Source of the DNA: Spirochaetales bacterium
GTDB taxonomy: Bacteria > Spirochaetota > Spirochaetia > DSM-27196 > SLAA01
Assembly: GCA_007126415.1 (NCBI GenBank)
Contig: SLBH01000308.1
Location: 1-33,240 of the forward strand
DNA: 33,240 nucleotides
Direction of reading: 5' to 3'
The notes under the pieces are model-generated. The model was given only the letters and a program-made list of their open reading frames with translations. It had not been told where the DNA came from and searched no databases. Of the stretch, positions 6,860 to 15,080 are shown one piece after another. A program made the translations under genes and the position numbers. Position 1 is the first letter of the stretch; every line of letters begins with the position of its first letter.

Positions 6860-7999
6860 ATGCAACATTCAGACCCCCTTGAGAACATCGTTTATATCTC
6901 TATTCCGTCGGATGCGGAGCGAACCATCGGTGAGTTTCGCCTTGACCCGGAGATCATGCTTCCGGTAGAGACCTCCGGAGCCGCCGAGGGCTACGACATA
7001 GGCTCATTGAGCTGGGAACAGATCATCTCGGCGATGCTGAAAATCCTTGCGTACCGCCCCGAGCACGAAGACGCCGCCTACTACCGAGAGTTCATCGGAG
7101 CAGTCAAGCCGGACCTCCCGGGAGAGCTTTCCGAGGCAGCGGTTCTTCAAGCGCGTAATCAAGGCTTCGAGCAAGCCGAAGAGATCTTTCTGGCGCTGCA
7201 TGGCCTCGTGCCGGAAGAACCCGGCCCGTTGCTCAACCTAGCGTTGCTGTACGAACAGCGCGCGCAGCACGCTGAGTCGCGCGGACAGCTCGAGAACAAG
7301 GAAGAGTGTCTCGAGCAGGCTCACGCGTACTATAAGCTACTGCTCACGCGCGACACCGTCCCGCCCGAGGCGGAGCTGAACGCGGGTTTCTTTTTCCTGC
7401 AGCGCCACAATTTTGCAAAGGCGCGCGAGCATCTCCAGCGCTTTGTGGATTCAGAACCCGAGGATGCCGAGCGCGTGGAGGAAGCTCGCAAAGTGATCGG
7501 CGAGATCGATTCGCAGAACTTGCTTGATGAGCTGTTTCAGGAAGCCTACGACGCGGTACAACTCGGCCGTGAGCACGAAGCGATCGAGAAGATGCAGACC
7601 TTTCTCGAGCGCGCGCCGGAGGTCTGGCGAGCCTGGTTTCTGCTCGGGTGGGCGCATCGGCGCTTACAGCAGTACCCCGAGGCCAAGACCGCATTCTTGA
7701 AGACGCTGGAGCTCGGGCCGCAGAAGCCGGACACCTTGAACGAGCTCGCGATCTGTCATATGGAACTCGGCGAGTTCCAGGAAGGTGAGCGGATGCTACG
7801 CGAGGCGATTCGCCTCGAGCCCGACAACACCAAAATCATCTCGAATATGGGCGTGCTGGCGTTAAAACGCGGTGACGCCGAGGAAGCGAAGGGCTTTTTC
7901 AAGACGGTTCTCACGATCGAGCCCTCCGACCCCGTAGCGCGCCGCTACCTGTCGGATATCGATCCCGACACGGACCCCGAAGCCGAGCTTCACACCTAG
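6860..7999 (+). CDS. Tetratricopeptide-repeat (TPR) protein
   Basis: 379 aa with repeated TPR-like A/L/Y/P helical pairs (WFLLGWAHRRLQQYPEAKTAFLKTLELGPQKPDTLNELAICHMELGEFQEGERMLREAIRLEPDN...). It starts 30 nt after the plzA-like gene, so it is probably co-transcribed. Confidence 0.8.
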   Translation: MQHSDPLENIVYISIPSDAERTIGEFRLDPEIMLPVETSGAAEGYDIGSLSWEQIISAMLKILAYRPEHEDAAYYREFIGAVKPDLPGELSEAAVLQARNQGFEQAEEIFLALHGLVPEEPGPLLNLALLYEQRAQHAESRGQLENKEECLEQAHAYYKLLLTRDTVPPEAELNAGFFFLQRHNFAKAREHLQRFVDSEPEDAERVEEARKVIGEIDSQNLLDELFQEAYDAVQLGREHEAIEKMQTFLERAPEVWRAWFLLGWAHRRLQQYPEAKTAFLKTLELGPQKPDTLNELAICHMELGEFQEGERMLREAIRLEPDNTKIISNMGVLALKRGDAEEAKGFFKTVLTIEPSDPVARRYLSDIDPDTDPEAELHT

Positions 8000-8019
8000 G
8001 CGCGCCGCCCCGGGCGCGC
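8000..8019 (+). terminator. GC-rich hairpin immediately after the TPR gene stop (possible terminator, no U-tract)
   Basis: GCGCGCC (8000-8006) pairs with GGCGCGC (8013-8019) around a 6-nt loop. No T-run follows. Confidence 0.3.
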
Positions 8020-8108
8020 TGCGTCCGCCGCTGCATATGCTCTGCCGAGCACTCACCCACAAAACTCGTTTCCGTACGGAAAAACTGGCATTTTTCGCCG
8101 AGTTTCGC

Positions 8109-8135
8109 TAAAGTTAATGCGTAGGTGGTCGATAC
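8109..8135 (+). promoter_or_regulatory. Sigma28 (FliA)-type promoter of flaB1: CTAAA-N15-GTCGATAC
   Basis: TAAA at 8109-8112, a 15-nt spacer, then GTCGATAC at 8128-8135, compared with the consensus TAAA-N15-GCCGATAA. This implies a 5' UTR of about 240 nt. Confidence 0.6.
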
Positions 8136-8250
8136 TCAGAATAAGGGGAAATCTTGGCCCGCGCACGCGGGCCGACAACGTTCTTCTCCCCCTATCTACA
8201 ATTGTCGGCGTGCAAATGAAGAGCTTGAGGTTTTTTAGCGCGATCTTGAC

Positions 8251-8291
8251 CCGGTTGTGGAACCAACCGGACGGAAGGAGGTGATACGGCA
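8251..8291 (+). promoter_or_regulatory. flaB1 leader element: hairpin with a TGGAAC loop, followed by ACGGAAGGAGGTGAT (perfect anti-SD complement with no start codon)
   Basis: CCGGTTG (8251-8257) pairs with CAACCGG (8264-8270), leaving the loop tGGAac. AAGGAGGTGAT at 8275-8285 is followed by no ATG, GTG or TTG at 4-12 nt. Confidence 0.4.
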
Positions 8292-8336
8292 GGCAAGCAT
8301 TCCACCAAGCCGCCGTCGGCGGCCTGAGTAACGGTA

Positions 8337-8377
8337 CAGAGCAAGGATGCTCTGAAACACAACTTTCACGGAGGAAC
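8337..8377 (+). promoter_or_regulatory. Putative CsrA binding pair in the flaB1 leader: GGA presented in a hairpin loop, plus GGA within the SD
   Basis: CAGAGCA (8337-8343) pairs perfectly with TGCTCTG (8348-8354) around an AGGA loop. The SD region is cacGGAGGAac at 8368-8378, and the ATG is at 8383. Confidence 0.55.
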
Positions 8378-8382
8378 AGGTT

Positions 8383-9240
8383 ATGATCATCAATCACAAC
8401 ACCAGTGCGGCCTTCGCAAACCGCCAGCTCGGAGTCAACGAGCGATCGGTCGTAGGCAACATGGAGAAGCTGTCGTCGGGCATGCGCATCAACCGTGCCG
8501 GCGACGACGCATCGGGTCTTGCAGTGTCCGAGAAAATGCGCTCGCAGATTCGAGGACTGCAGCAGGCGTCCCGAAACGCAGCCAACGGAATCTCGTTCAT
8601 TCAAACCACCGAGGGCTATCTGCAGGAGAGCCAGGACATCTTGCAACGCGTCCGCGAGCTCGCGATTCAGTCATCGAACGGCATCTACACCGATGAGGAT
8701 CGCATGCAGATTCAAGTCGAGATCTCGCAACTTGTAGCCGAGATCGACCGGGTTGCATCACACGCACAGTTCAACAACATGAATCTTCTCACCGGTCGTT
8801 TCGCGACCGACACCGGCGACAACGTAGTCACCGCCTCGATGTACTTCCACATCGGTGCCAACATGGATCAGCGGGAACGTGTCTACATCGGAACCATGAC
8901 CGCTGCGGCACTCGGCGTACGCGACCAAGCGAACGATATCATCTCGCTTTCAACACCCGACGCAGCCAACCAGGCAATCGGCGTTGTCGATTCGGCCCTT
9001 CAAATGGTCAGTAAGCAACGAGCGGATCTCGGCGCGTACCAAAACCGGCTCGAGATGGCGATTGAAGGCATCGATATCGGCGCCGAGAACATGGCGGCGG
9101 CGGAGTCCCGAATTCGCGATACCGATATGGCATCCGAGATGGTAGATTTCAGCAAGAACTCTATCTTGATGCAGTCGACCACCGCGATGCTCGCGCAGGC
9201 AAATATGCGCACGCAAAACGTATTGCAATTACTCCAATAG
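8383..9240 (+). CDS. flaB: Flagellar filament core protein FlaB (flagellin), copy 1
   Basis: [16 protein letters not shown]...[30 protein letters not shown] and the C-terminal [26 protein letters not shown] are canonical spirochaetal FlaB termini. 285 aa. Confidence 0.95.
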   Translation: MIINHNTSAAFANRQLGVNERSVVGNMEKLSSGMRINRAGDDASGLAVSEKMRSQIRGLQQASRNAANGISFIQTTEGYLQESQDILQRVRELAIQSSNGIYTDEDRMQIQVEISQLVAEIDRVASHAQFNNMNLLTGRFATDTGDNVVTASMYFHIGANMDQRERVYIGTMTAAALGVRDQANDIISLSTPDAANQAIGVVDSALQMVSKQRADLGAYQNRLEMAIEGIDIGAENMAAAESRIRDTDMASEMVDFSKNSILMQSTTAMLAQANMRTQNVLQLLQ

Positions 9241-9279
9241 GGGAGTATGATTTAGTCTGACGTATAGTCGTGTTCTTTG

Positions 9280-9306
9280 AAAAAGCCCCTCCTTGGGTGC
9301 CGATAG
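9280..9306 (+). promoter_or_regulatory. Sigma28-type promoter of flaB2: (G)AAAA-N15-GCCGATAG
   Basis: GCCGATAG at 9299-9306 matches the GCCGATAA consensus at 7 of 8 positions. The A-rich -35 (gAAAA at 9279-9283) is only approximate. Confidence 0.55.
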
Positions 9307-9428
9307 CACTGAGGTTTCCCGGGCCGGGTAGGCCGGTTACGGTTCCTACCCGCCGGGAGAATCTCTGTGCTTATGAGTAGGCCGGACGCGGCGCGAGAGC
9401 GTCACGGTGAGCTCTATCGGCATCGGGT

Positions 9429-9470
9429 GAAAAGCTACGGATAGCTTTTCGTGCTCTATAACGCAAGGAG
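9429..9470 (+). promoter_or_regulatory. Putative CsrA binding pair in the flaB2 leader: GGA in a hairpin loop, plus GGA within the SD
   Basis: GAAAAGCTA (9429-9437) pairs perfectly with TAGCTTTTC (9442-9450) around a CGGA loop. The SD is CAAGGAGGG at 9464-9472, and the ATG is at 9476. Confidence 0.55.
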
Positions 9471-9475
9471 GGTTT

Positions 9476-10339
9476 ATGATCATTAACCACAACATGAGTT
9501 CGGCTTTTGCGAGCCGGCAGCTCGGCCAAACAACGGCTGAAACGCAAGGCAGCATCGAGCGACTGAGTTCCGGAATGCGGATCAACCGCGCCGGCGACGA
9601 CGCCTCGGGACTCGCGGTCTCGGAGAAGTTGCGCAGTCAAATTCGCGGGTTGAACCAGGCGGATCGCAACATCCAGAACGCGGTGTCGTTCATTCAGACA
9701 ACCGAGGGGTATCTGCAGAACACCCAGGATATTCTGCACCGGATTCGAGAGCTCTCGATCCAATCGGCTAACGGAATCTACACCGATGAAGACCGAATGC
9801 AGATCCAGGTGGAGGTGTCGCAGCTGGTGGCGGAGGTAAACCGCATAGCATCGCACGCACAGTTCAACACCATGAATATGCTAACCGGCGCGTTCGCGCA
9901 CGACAGCGCGATCGACCGTGTGATGCAGTTTCACATCGGCGCAAACATGGACCAAAACGAACAGGTTTACATTGGTACCATGACGGCGGCGGCGCTGGGG
10001 CTCGGCGGCATCCAGGGAGAAAACGGCGACAATGAAATCATTTCGCTGTCGACCCCGGACCTCGCCAACCAGGCCATCGGCATCGTCGACACCGCGCTGA
10101 GTCAGGTTTCCCGCCAGCGGGCAGACCTGGGAGCGTACCAAAACCGCTTCGAGATGGCTCAGTCGAGCGTGCAGATCGCGTCGGAAAACCTGGCGGCCGC
10201 CGAGTCGCAGATTCGTGACGCAAACATGGCCAACGAGATGGTGGATTTTGTGCGCAACCAGATTTTGACGCAGTCCACCACCGCGATGCTCGCACAGGCC
10301 AACACACAGCCACAGTCTGTGCTTCAATTGTTGGGTTAG
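9476..10339 (+). CDS. flaB: Flagellar filament core protein FlaB (flagellin), copy 2
   Basis: [16 protein letters not shown]...[30 protein letters not shown] and the C-terminal [20 protein letters not shown]. 287 aa; a paralogue of the previous gene. Confidence 0.95.
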   Translation: MIINHNMSSAFASRQLGQTTAETQGSIERLSSGMRINRAGDDASGLAVSEKLRSQIRGLNQADRNIQNAVSFIQTTEGYLQNTQDILHRIRELSIQSANGIYTDEDRMQIQVEVSQLVAEVNRIASHAQFNTMNMLTGAFAHDSAIDRVMQFHIGANMDQNEQVYIGTMTAAALGLGGIQGENGDNEIISLSTPDLANQAIGIVDTALSQVSRQRADLGAYQNRFEMAQSSVQIASENLAAAESQIRDANMANEMVDFVRNQILTQSTTAMLAQANTQPQSVLQLLG

Positions 10340-10355
10340 CAGCACCAAACGAAAA

Positions 10356-10388
10356 TCGTCGCGGTACGCCCGACGAAACTCCGTTTTT
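10356..10388 (+). terminator. Possible intrinsic terminator after flaB2
   Basis: TCGTCG (10356-10361) pairs with CGACGA (10371-10376) around a 9-nt loop, and outer AAACG/CGTTT pairing is also possible. A T5 run lies at 10384-10388. Confidence 0.35.
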
Positions 10389-10494
10389 GTAGCAGGTTCC
10401 AAGAGATCTCTGGACGTCATTTCTTGGAGACCTATCAGACTCGTGGGAGGCTCGCGCCCTTCCCGGTCTGAGTTTCTTACACGGAGGTAAGAAG

Positions 10495-10824
10495 ATGTCG
10501 ATCGAAATTCGCGGGATTTCTCCCGGGTTCAACCCGACACGGATGTCGGCAAACCCGCACCCAGGATTACCCGGAGCTTCTGTACCGGCAGCCGGCGAGC
10601 GGAAGGCTGATATTCAAGGGCCGCTCGAAGAGTTAGAGACGCTTTCGTGGGCGTTCAATCGGCGCTTGAAGTTCACAATCAACCACGACCTCGACCGAGT
10701 GGTCGTCAAGGTGATCGACGGCGAGACCGATAAAGTGATTAAGGAGCTTCCGCCCGAAGCTTTGCAACGCGTCCACGCCCGAATTCGCGAGGCGATTGGT
10801 CTCTTGCTCGATGAAGAGATATAA
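10495..10824 (+). CDS. flaG: Flagellar protein FlaG
   Basis: 109 aa. The C-terminal block LKFTINHDLDRVVVKVIDGETDKVIKELPPEALQ is the typical FlaG signature. GGAGGTAAGAAG RBS upstream. Position between flaB and fliD. Confidence 0.8.
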   Translation: MSIEIRGISPGFNPTRMSANPHPGLPGASVPAAGERKADIQGPLEELETLSWAFNRRLKFTINHDLDRVVVKVIDGETDKVIKELPPEALQRVHARIREAIGLLLDEEI

Positions 10825-10869
10825 TTGCGGCAGGACGCTCGAGGAGATTTCGGAGACGGCTGCCCAATT

Positions 10870-12912
10870 ATGGTTAAGACACTAGTTCTCATCGCAATAT
10901 TCGCATCCCTTCCACCGATTGCGGGCTATGGCAACTCACGCTCGCTCGTGCCGGGTATAGACTCAGGCGTAGACTCTCAACGCATGATCGATGAGATCAT
11001 GGAACAGGAAGGTCGCCGCAAAGAACGGATGCACGACGACATCGAGCGCTTCGAGTTTCAGCGGCGGGTTTGGGGCGAGATCGCGCGCGATCTCAACAGC
11101 CTCCGTGACAGCGCTCGCAGACTCTACGGCTTCGAGAATCCCTTCAACCTTCGAACCGCCGAAAGCTCGGATTCACAGGTACTCACCGCAAGCGCATCAC
11201 GCCAAGCAGAGCGTGGACGCGCCGAGATAGAGGTGAAGCAAATAGCGCGTGCCGACGCCTTTCGTAGCGGCCGGATTCCCCTCGATCAACGGATAGAGGC
11301 CGGCACATATCGCTTCACCGTCGGCGAGCTGGAAGCCGAGTTTGAGTTCGACGGCGGTGACGTAGCCGCGTTTACGCGCGAGTTGAATCGCCGTATCGGC
11401 GATACGGTGCGCGCGCGAACGGTTCGCGACACACGCGAAAGCCAAGTCATTCTATTTGAGTCTCAGATCACCGGGGCCGAGAACCGGCTCGCGTTTCACG
11501 ATGCCGCCGAGCAGCTTGCCGAGGAGTTTCAGGTGCTCGAGCGTGCGCCCGAGAGCGCGCGTAGCGTAGAGGTAACCGACGACCCCGAACAACCTCTCAC
11601 GGTAGGCCCGCAAGACCAAGCAAGCTTGAGCCTTGAGCCGGTTTTCGCGCTCGCGGACGGCATGGTGCTCGAAATAGAGGTCGAGATCGTCGAGCATCCC
11701 GCCGATGCATGGGAACCGCCCGAGCCGCCGTCCGGCCCCCGGATTCCGGAGCTCGGCGAGGTTACGCTGGAGGACGTCACGGTGCAGGATGCCGAGTCGC
11801 GCGCCCCGCTTCCGGAGCGGCCCGAGCCCGAACCGCCCGAGGTTATCGAGGACGAGCGAGTGTTTTACGTGCTCGGAGACGGGCGTCGCATCCAGCTTCC
11901 GTCGCTCGGACCGACCGACGGCTACCGCACGTTGCGTATCCCGATCAGCGAGCAGCTGTCGGAGATGAGCGCACTCGAGATCGTGAACCGCAACACGCAT
12001 CGGGAGATCTTAATTCGGGCCGCCGAGATCTACGACCCCACAGCTCCCGGAGAGTTTCGGCCGCTCAACCCGGTGCAGATTGCGCAAGATGCGCGCATCA
12101 GCATCGACGGAATCGAGGTAACTCGCGACACCAACACTATAGACGATCTCATAGACGGCACCACGGTCTACCTCCATCGGCCGGGTCCCCATCCGATTGA
12201 ACTCGAGATCGACCATGACCGGGACGCCGCCAAGGACGCGATCATAGATTTCGTCGGTCGCTACAATCAGCTGATCCGCGATGTAAACATCCTCACGAGA
12301 ACCGAGGAGAGCGTTATAGATCAGATCGAGTACTTCGACGACGATGAGCGCCAGCAGGCCCACGAGCGTCTCGGCTTGCTGCAGGGCGACAGCATCCTGA
12401 ACCGGCTTCGGCGCACCCTCCAAAACATGATGATGGAGCCCTACCCTACTCGCGAGGGTGACAACCTAAGGCTCCTCGCGCAGATCGGAGTATCCTCAAA
12501 CGCAAGCGGTTTCGGAGGCGGAGTCGACGCGTCCCGACTGCGCGGATATCTCGAGATCAACGAGGCCACCCTCGATGAAGCGCTCGCGACCCGCTTCCAA
12601 GCAGTGCGCGATCTCTTTGGGTTCGACAGTAGCGGCAATCATGTGATCGACGCCGGCGCCGCGTACCGCGCGCACGAGATGATCGGGCCGTATACGCAGA
12701 GTGGCGGAATTATCGCCACCCGCACCGGCACGATCGACGGACGCGTAACGCGCACCGAAGACGATATCGAACGTGAAGAGGACCGGCTCGACCGCCGCGA
12801 ACAGAGTCTCCGGCAAGACTTTGGTCGAATGGAGGGCGCGATGCGCGAGCTCGAGGAGCAGCAACGCGCGATCGAGAACTTCAGCCGACAGAACGCGCCG
12901 CGGGGGCGCTGA
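10870..12912 (+). CDS. fliD: Flagellar filament capping protein FliD (hook-associated protein 2)
   Basis: FliD N-domain (PGIDSGVDSQRMIDEIMEQE...VWGEIARDLNSLRDSARRLYG...VLTASAS...IEVKQIA) and C-terminal coiled coil (IDGRVTRTEDDIEREEDRLDRREQSLRQDFGRMEGAMRELE). The start is ambiguous among TTG 10825, ATG 10870 (given here) and GTG 10948. Confidence 0.9.
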   Translation: MVKTLVLIAIFASLPPIAGYGNSRSLVPGIDSGVDSQRMIDEIMEQEGRRKERMHDDIERFEFQRRVWGEIARDLNSLRDSARRLYGFENPFNLRTAESSDSQVLTASASRQAERGRAEIEVKQIARADAFRSGRIPLDQRIEAGTYRFTVGELEAEFEFDGGDVAAFTRELNRRIGDTVRARTVRDTRESQVILFESQITGAENRLAFHDAAEQLAEEFQVLERAPESARSVEVTDDPEQPLTVGPQDQASLSLEPVFALADGMVLEIEVEIVEHPADAWEPPEPPSGPRIPELGEVTLEDVTVQDAESRAPLPERPEPEPPEVIEDERVFYVLGDGRRIQLPSLGPTDGYRTLRIPISEQLSEMSALEIVNRNTHREILIRAAEIYDPTAPGEFRPLNPVQIAQDARISIDGIEVTRDTNTIDDLIDGTTVYLHRPGPHPIELEIDHDRDAAKDAIIDFVGRYNQLIRDVNILTRTEESVIDQIEYFDDDERQQAHERLGLLQGDSILNRLRRTLQNMMMEPYPTREGDNLRLLAQIGVSSNASGFGGGVDASRLRGYLEINEATLDEALATRFQAVRDLFGFDSSGNHVIDAGAAYRAHEMIGPYTQSGGIIATRTGTIDGRVTRTEDDIEREEDRLDRREQSLRQDFGRMEGAMRELEEQQRAIENFSRQNAPRGR

Positions 12913-12968
12913 TCGCTGATCGTTCGGGCCGCGCGGCGCGACTGCAAAGCGCCGGCAACAAGGAGGTT

Positions 12969-13928
12969 GTGGTGGACATCAAGATCGACCATAACAGTAT
13001 TGATTTCACGCTGGAGCGGGAACGCACCGTCGGCGAGGTCATCGCCGAACTCCGGCCCTTCATCGAAAGCCACGCGCGCACAATCGCCACGCTCGCTGTG
13101 GACGACGAGCCGCTCGCGATAGAAGATCCCGGAACGTGGCAAGATCGCGAGTTAGACCCTATAGAGCGCATTCAGATCGAGACCGTGGGACCGTTCGACC
13201 GCCAGGTTGAGGATCTCGGCACCCTGATCGAGTACTTCGAGCTACTACGTTCCGCGCTGCATGAGCGCAGCAGCGAAGCGATCCGCGAAATCCTCGAGGA
13301 GCTGCCGCATATCCGAAGCGCAGTCGGGCCGCTCACCGGTGAAGCTCCGTCGGACGACCAACCTCGGCTTCTCGCTGAGCTCGACGGCTTAATGGGGCTT
13401 ACCGGCGGCGAACGATCGCCGGCCTCCGCACTCGCGGCGATGCCGGCGGCGAGGCAACTGGCTGAGGTCTCTCAAGAGCAGCTTGAAGCGCTCAGCGCCG
13501 CGATCGACCGCATCCGGGTAGTGCTCCACACGCGTAGACGCGAACTCGCCGATCCGCTTCGCGAGCTCGGCCACACCGCTGAAGCGCTTCACGGGTACAG
13601 CGATTCAATGACCGAGGTCCCGGTACTCCTACAAACCGGTCGCGATCGCGAAGCGATGGAACGTATCGCGCGGTTCTCGGAGTTGACCGGTAAGCTCATG
13701 CGGCTCTGTTCGCTCGCGATAACGCACCGCGAACGGTTGCTGCCCGCCGACTGGGACTCGAACAACCTCGAATCACAGGCCGAACAACTGTACGCCATGC
13801 TTAACGAGCTGGTGGAGGCCTTCTCGGCCGGCGACTCGGTTCTGATCGGCGACTTGGTTGAGTATGAGCTTGTTCCGGGGCTACAAGAGTTGCTGCAGCA
13901 CATCCCGGTTACCGGCGACGAGTCGTGA
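12969..13928 (+). CDS. Hypothetical acidic protein (orf319) in the position usually held by fliS
   Basis: AGGAGG at 12961-12966 is followed by GTG GTG (12969/12972). The 319-aa ORF has coding-like GC3. Its stop overlaps the next start (GTGA at 13925-13928). I recognise no family. The C-terminal half is helical (LQTGRDREAMERIARFSELTGKL...GDSVLIGDLVEYELVPGLQELL). Confidence 0.75.
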   Translation: MVDIKIDHNSIDFTLERERTVGEVIAELRPFIESHARTIATLAVDDEPLAIEDPGTWQDRELDPIERIQIETVGPFDRQVEDLGTLIEYFELLRSALHERSSEAIREILEELPHIRSAVGPLTGEAPSDDQPRLLAELDGLMGLTGGERSPASALAAMPAARQLAEVSQEQLEALSAAIDRIRVVLHTRRRELADPLRELGHTAEALHGYSDSMTEVPVLLQTGRDREAMERIARFSELTGKLMRLCSLAITHRERLLPADWDSNNLESQAEQLYAMLNELVEAFSAGDSVLIGDLVEYELVPGLQELLQHIPVTGDES

Positions 13929-15022
13929 TTCCGCTTCTGCAGCAACGCGAGATGCCGGTCACCGGCTTCGGTGAGTTCGACCCTCGAATCACCGCCATTC
14001 TCATCGGTGCGGTAGCGCTCGTGATTATCGCCGGCGTCGTTAACTCGGTGCTGACCGGCGGCGGTAGTAGCAGATCCAGAACGCAACGCTTCTCGAAACG
14101 CGGCTTCATCCGGGGCGCCAAGCGCGCCGGCCTCTCCCGCGTACAGGCTGTAACGCTACTGACCGTCGCGCGCAACCAAGGCATCGCCGCCCCGATGCGT
14201 CTGTTGCAGGACGGCCCGCTGCTCGATAAGGCGATCCGTGACGGACTCTACGACATAGATGAATCGGTGCGCGACGAGCCGGAGCGCGAGCGACGAAAGA
14301 GCGAGTTGTTCCAGATTCGAAACCTCATTGCGGTCTACAGTCAGAGCACTCGGAGCGTGCGCTCGAGTAAGACTTTGCGAATCGGTCAGGACCTCGATTT
14401 CAGCACCGACGGCCGTACCTGGCACACAACGCGCGTGAGCTCGCAAACCGGTGAGCGCTTCGGCGTTGAGACGCCGTACGACGACGCCAACCGTGAGGTC
14501 CGCCCCGGGAAAGGCGCGAAGGTGCGCTTGCGTTTCCGAACCGAGTCGGGCAACCTCTACAGCGTCACCACCACGGTGCTCGGCTACGGGATCGCACGGC
14601 GCATGCCGACCCTCTTCTTGGCGCATTCGGATCAGATCAGCCGCGTACAGCACCGGAAGTATCCGCGCCGTGAGTTTCACCATCCGTGCTATTACTATCC
14701 CGTCTCGGTGGTGACCAGCGGTCGCGGCCGTCGCGCCAAGCGACAGGCGGTCGTAAACCATAACGATCGTAGATTTGGGCGCTTCGAGGATCTCTCGGCC
14801 GGCGGCGCTGCGGTGCGCACACAGCGTCCGCTCCCGGCAAAGTCTCTGCTCAAGATCGAGTTTGAGACCGCCGACGGTGTGCCGGTCTCGGTTTTCGGCA
14901 AGATACGCTCGGTCGAGAAAGCGACATACCGGTCCGGGTTGATGCATATCATGTTCGCGGGTGCCTCTCGCAAGCACCTAAACGCGATTCAGAGCTACGT
15001 CTACGGGTACGTCGACGAGTGA
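13925..15022 (+). CDS. Membrane-anchored YcgR-like PilZ-domain protein (putative c-di-GMP receptor)
   Basis: One N-terminal TM helix (ITAILIGAVALVIIAGVVNSVL), a beta-rich middle region, then PilZ motifs HRKYPRR (RxxxR; an alternative is RRAKR) and DLSAGGAAV (D-x-S-x-x-G). The start is GTG 13925 (4-nt overlap with orf319) or ATG 13952. Confidence 0.85.
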   Translation: MIPLLQQREMPVTGFGEFDPRITAILIGAVALVIIAGVVNSVLTGGGSSRSRTQRFSKRGFIRGAKRAGLSRVQAVTLLTVARNQGIAAPMRLLQDGPLLDKAIRDGLYDIDESVRDEPERERRKSELFQIRNLIAVYSQSTRSVRSSKTLRIGQDLDFSTDGRTWHTTRVSSQTGERFGVETPYDDANREVRPGKGAKVRLRFRTESGNLYSVTTTVLGYGIARRMPTLFLAHSDQISRVQHRKYPRREFHHPCYYYPVSVVTSGRGRRAKRQAVVNHNDRRFGRFEDLSAGGAAVRTQRPLPAKSLLKIEFETADGVPVSVFGKIRSVEKATYRSGLMHIMFAGASRKHLNAIQSYVYGYVDE

Positions 15023-15080
15023 AGCGCTCGCTCCGCGCGCGATTGATGCTTGGCTCACGACGTGCTACTATTCGCGCCGG

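Noticed and set aside
8136-9475. c-di-GMP (GEMM-I/II) riboswitch in the long flaB leaders
   Set aside because: The hairpins present do not show the conserved GEMM cores as I remember them. The GGA-loop architecture is better explained by CsrA. An Rfam scan is needed for certainty.
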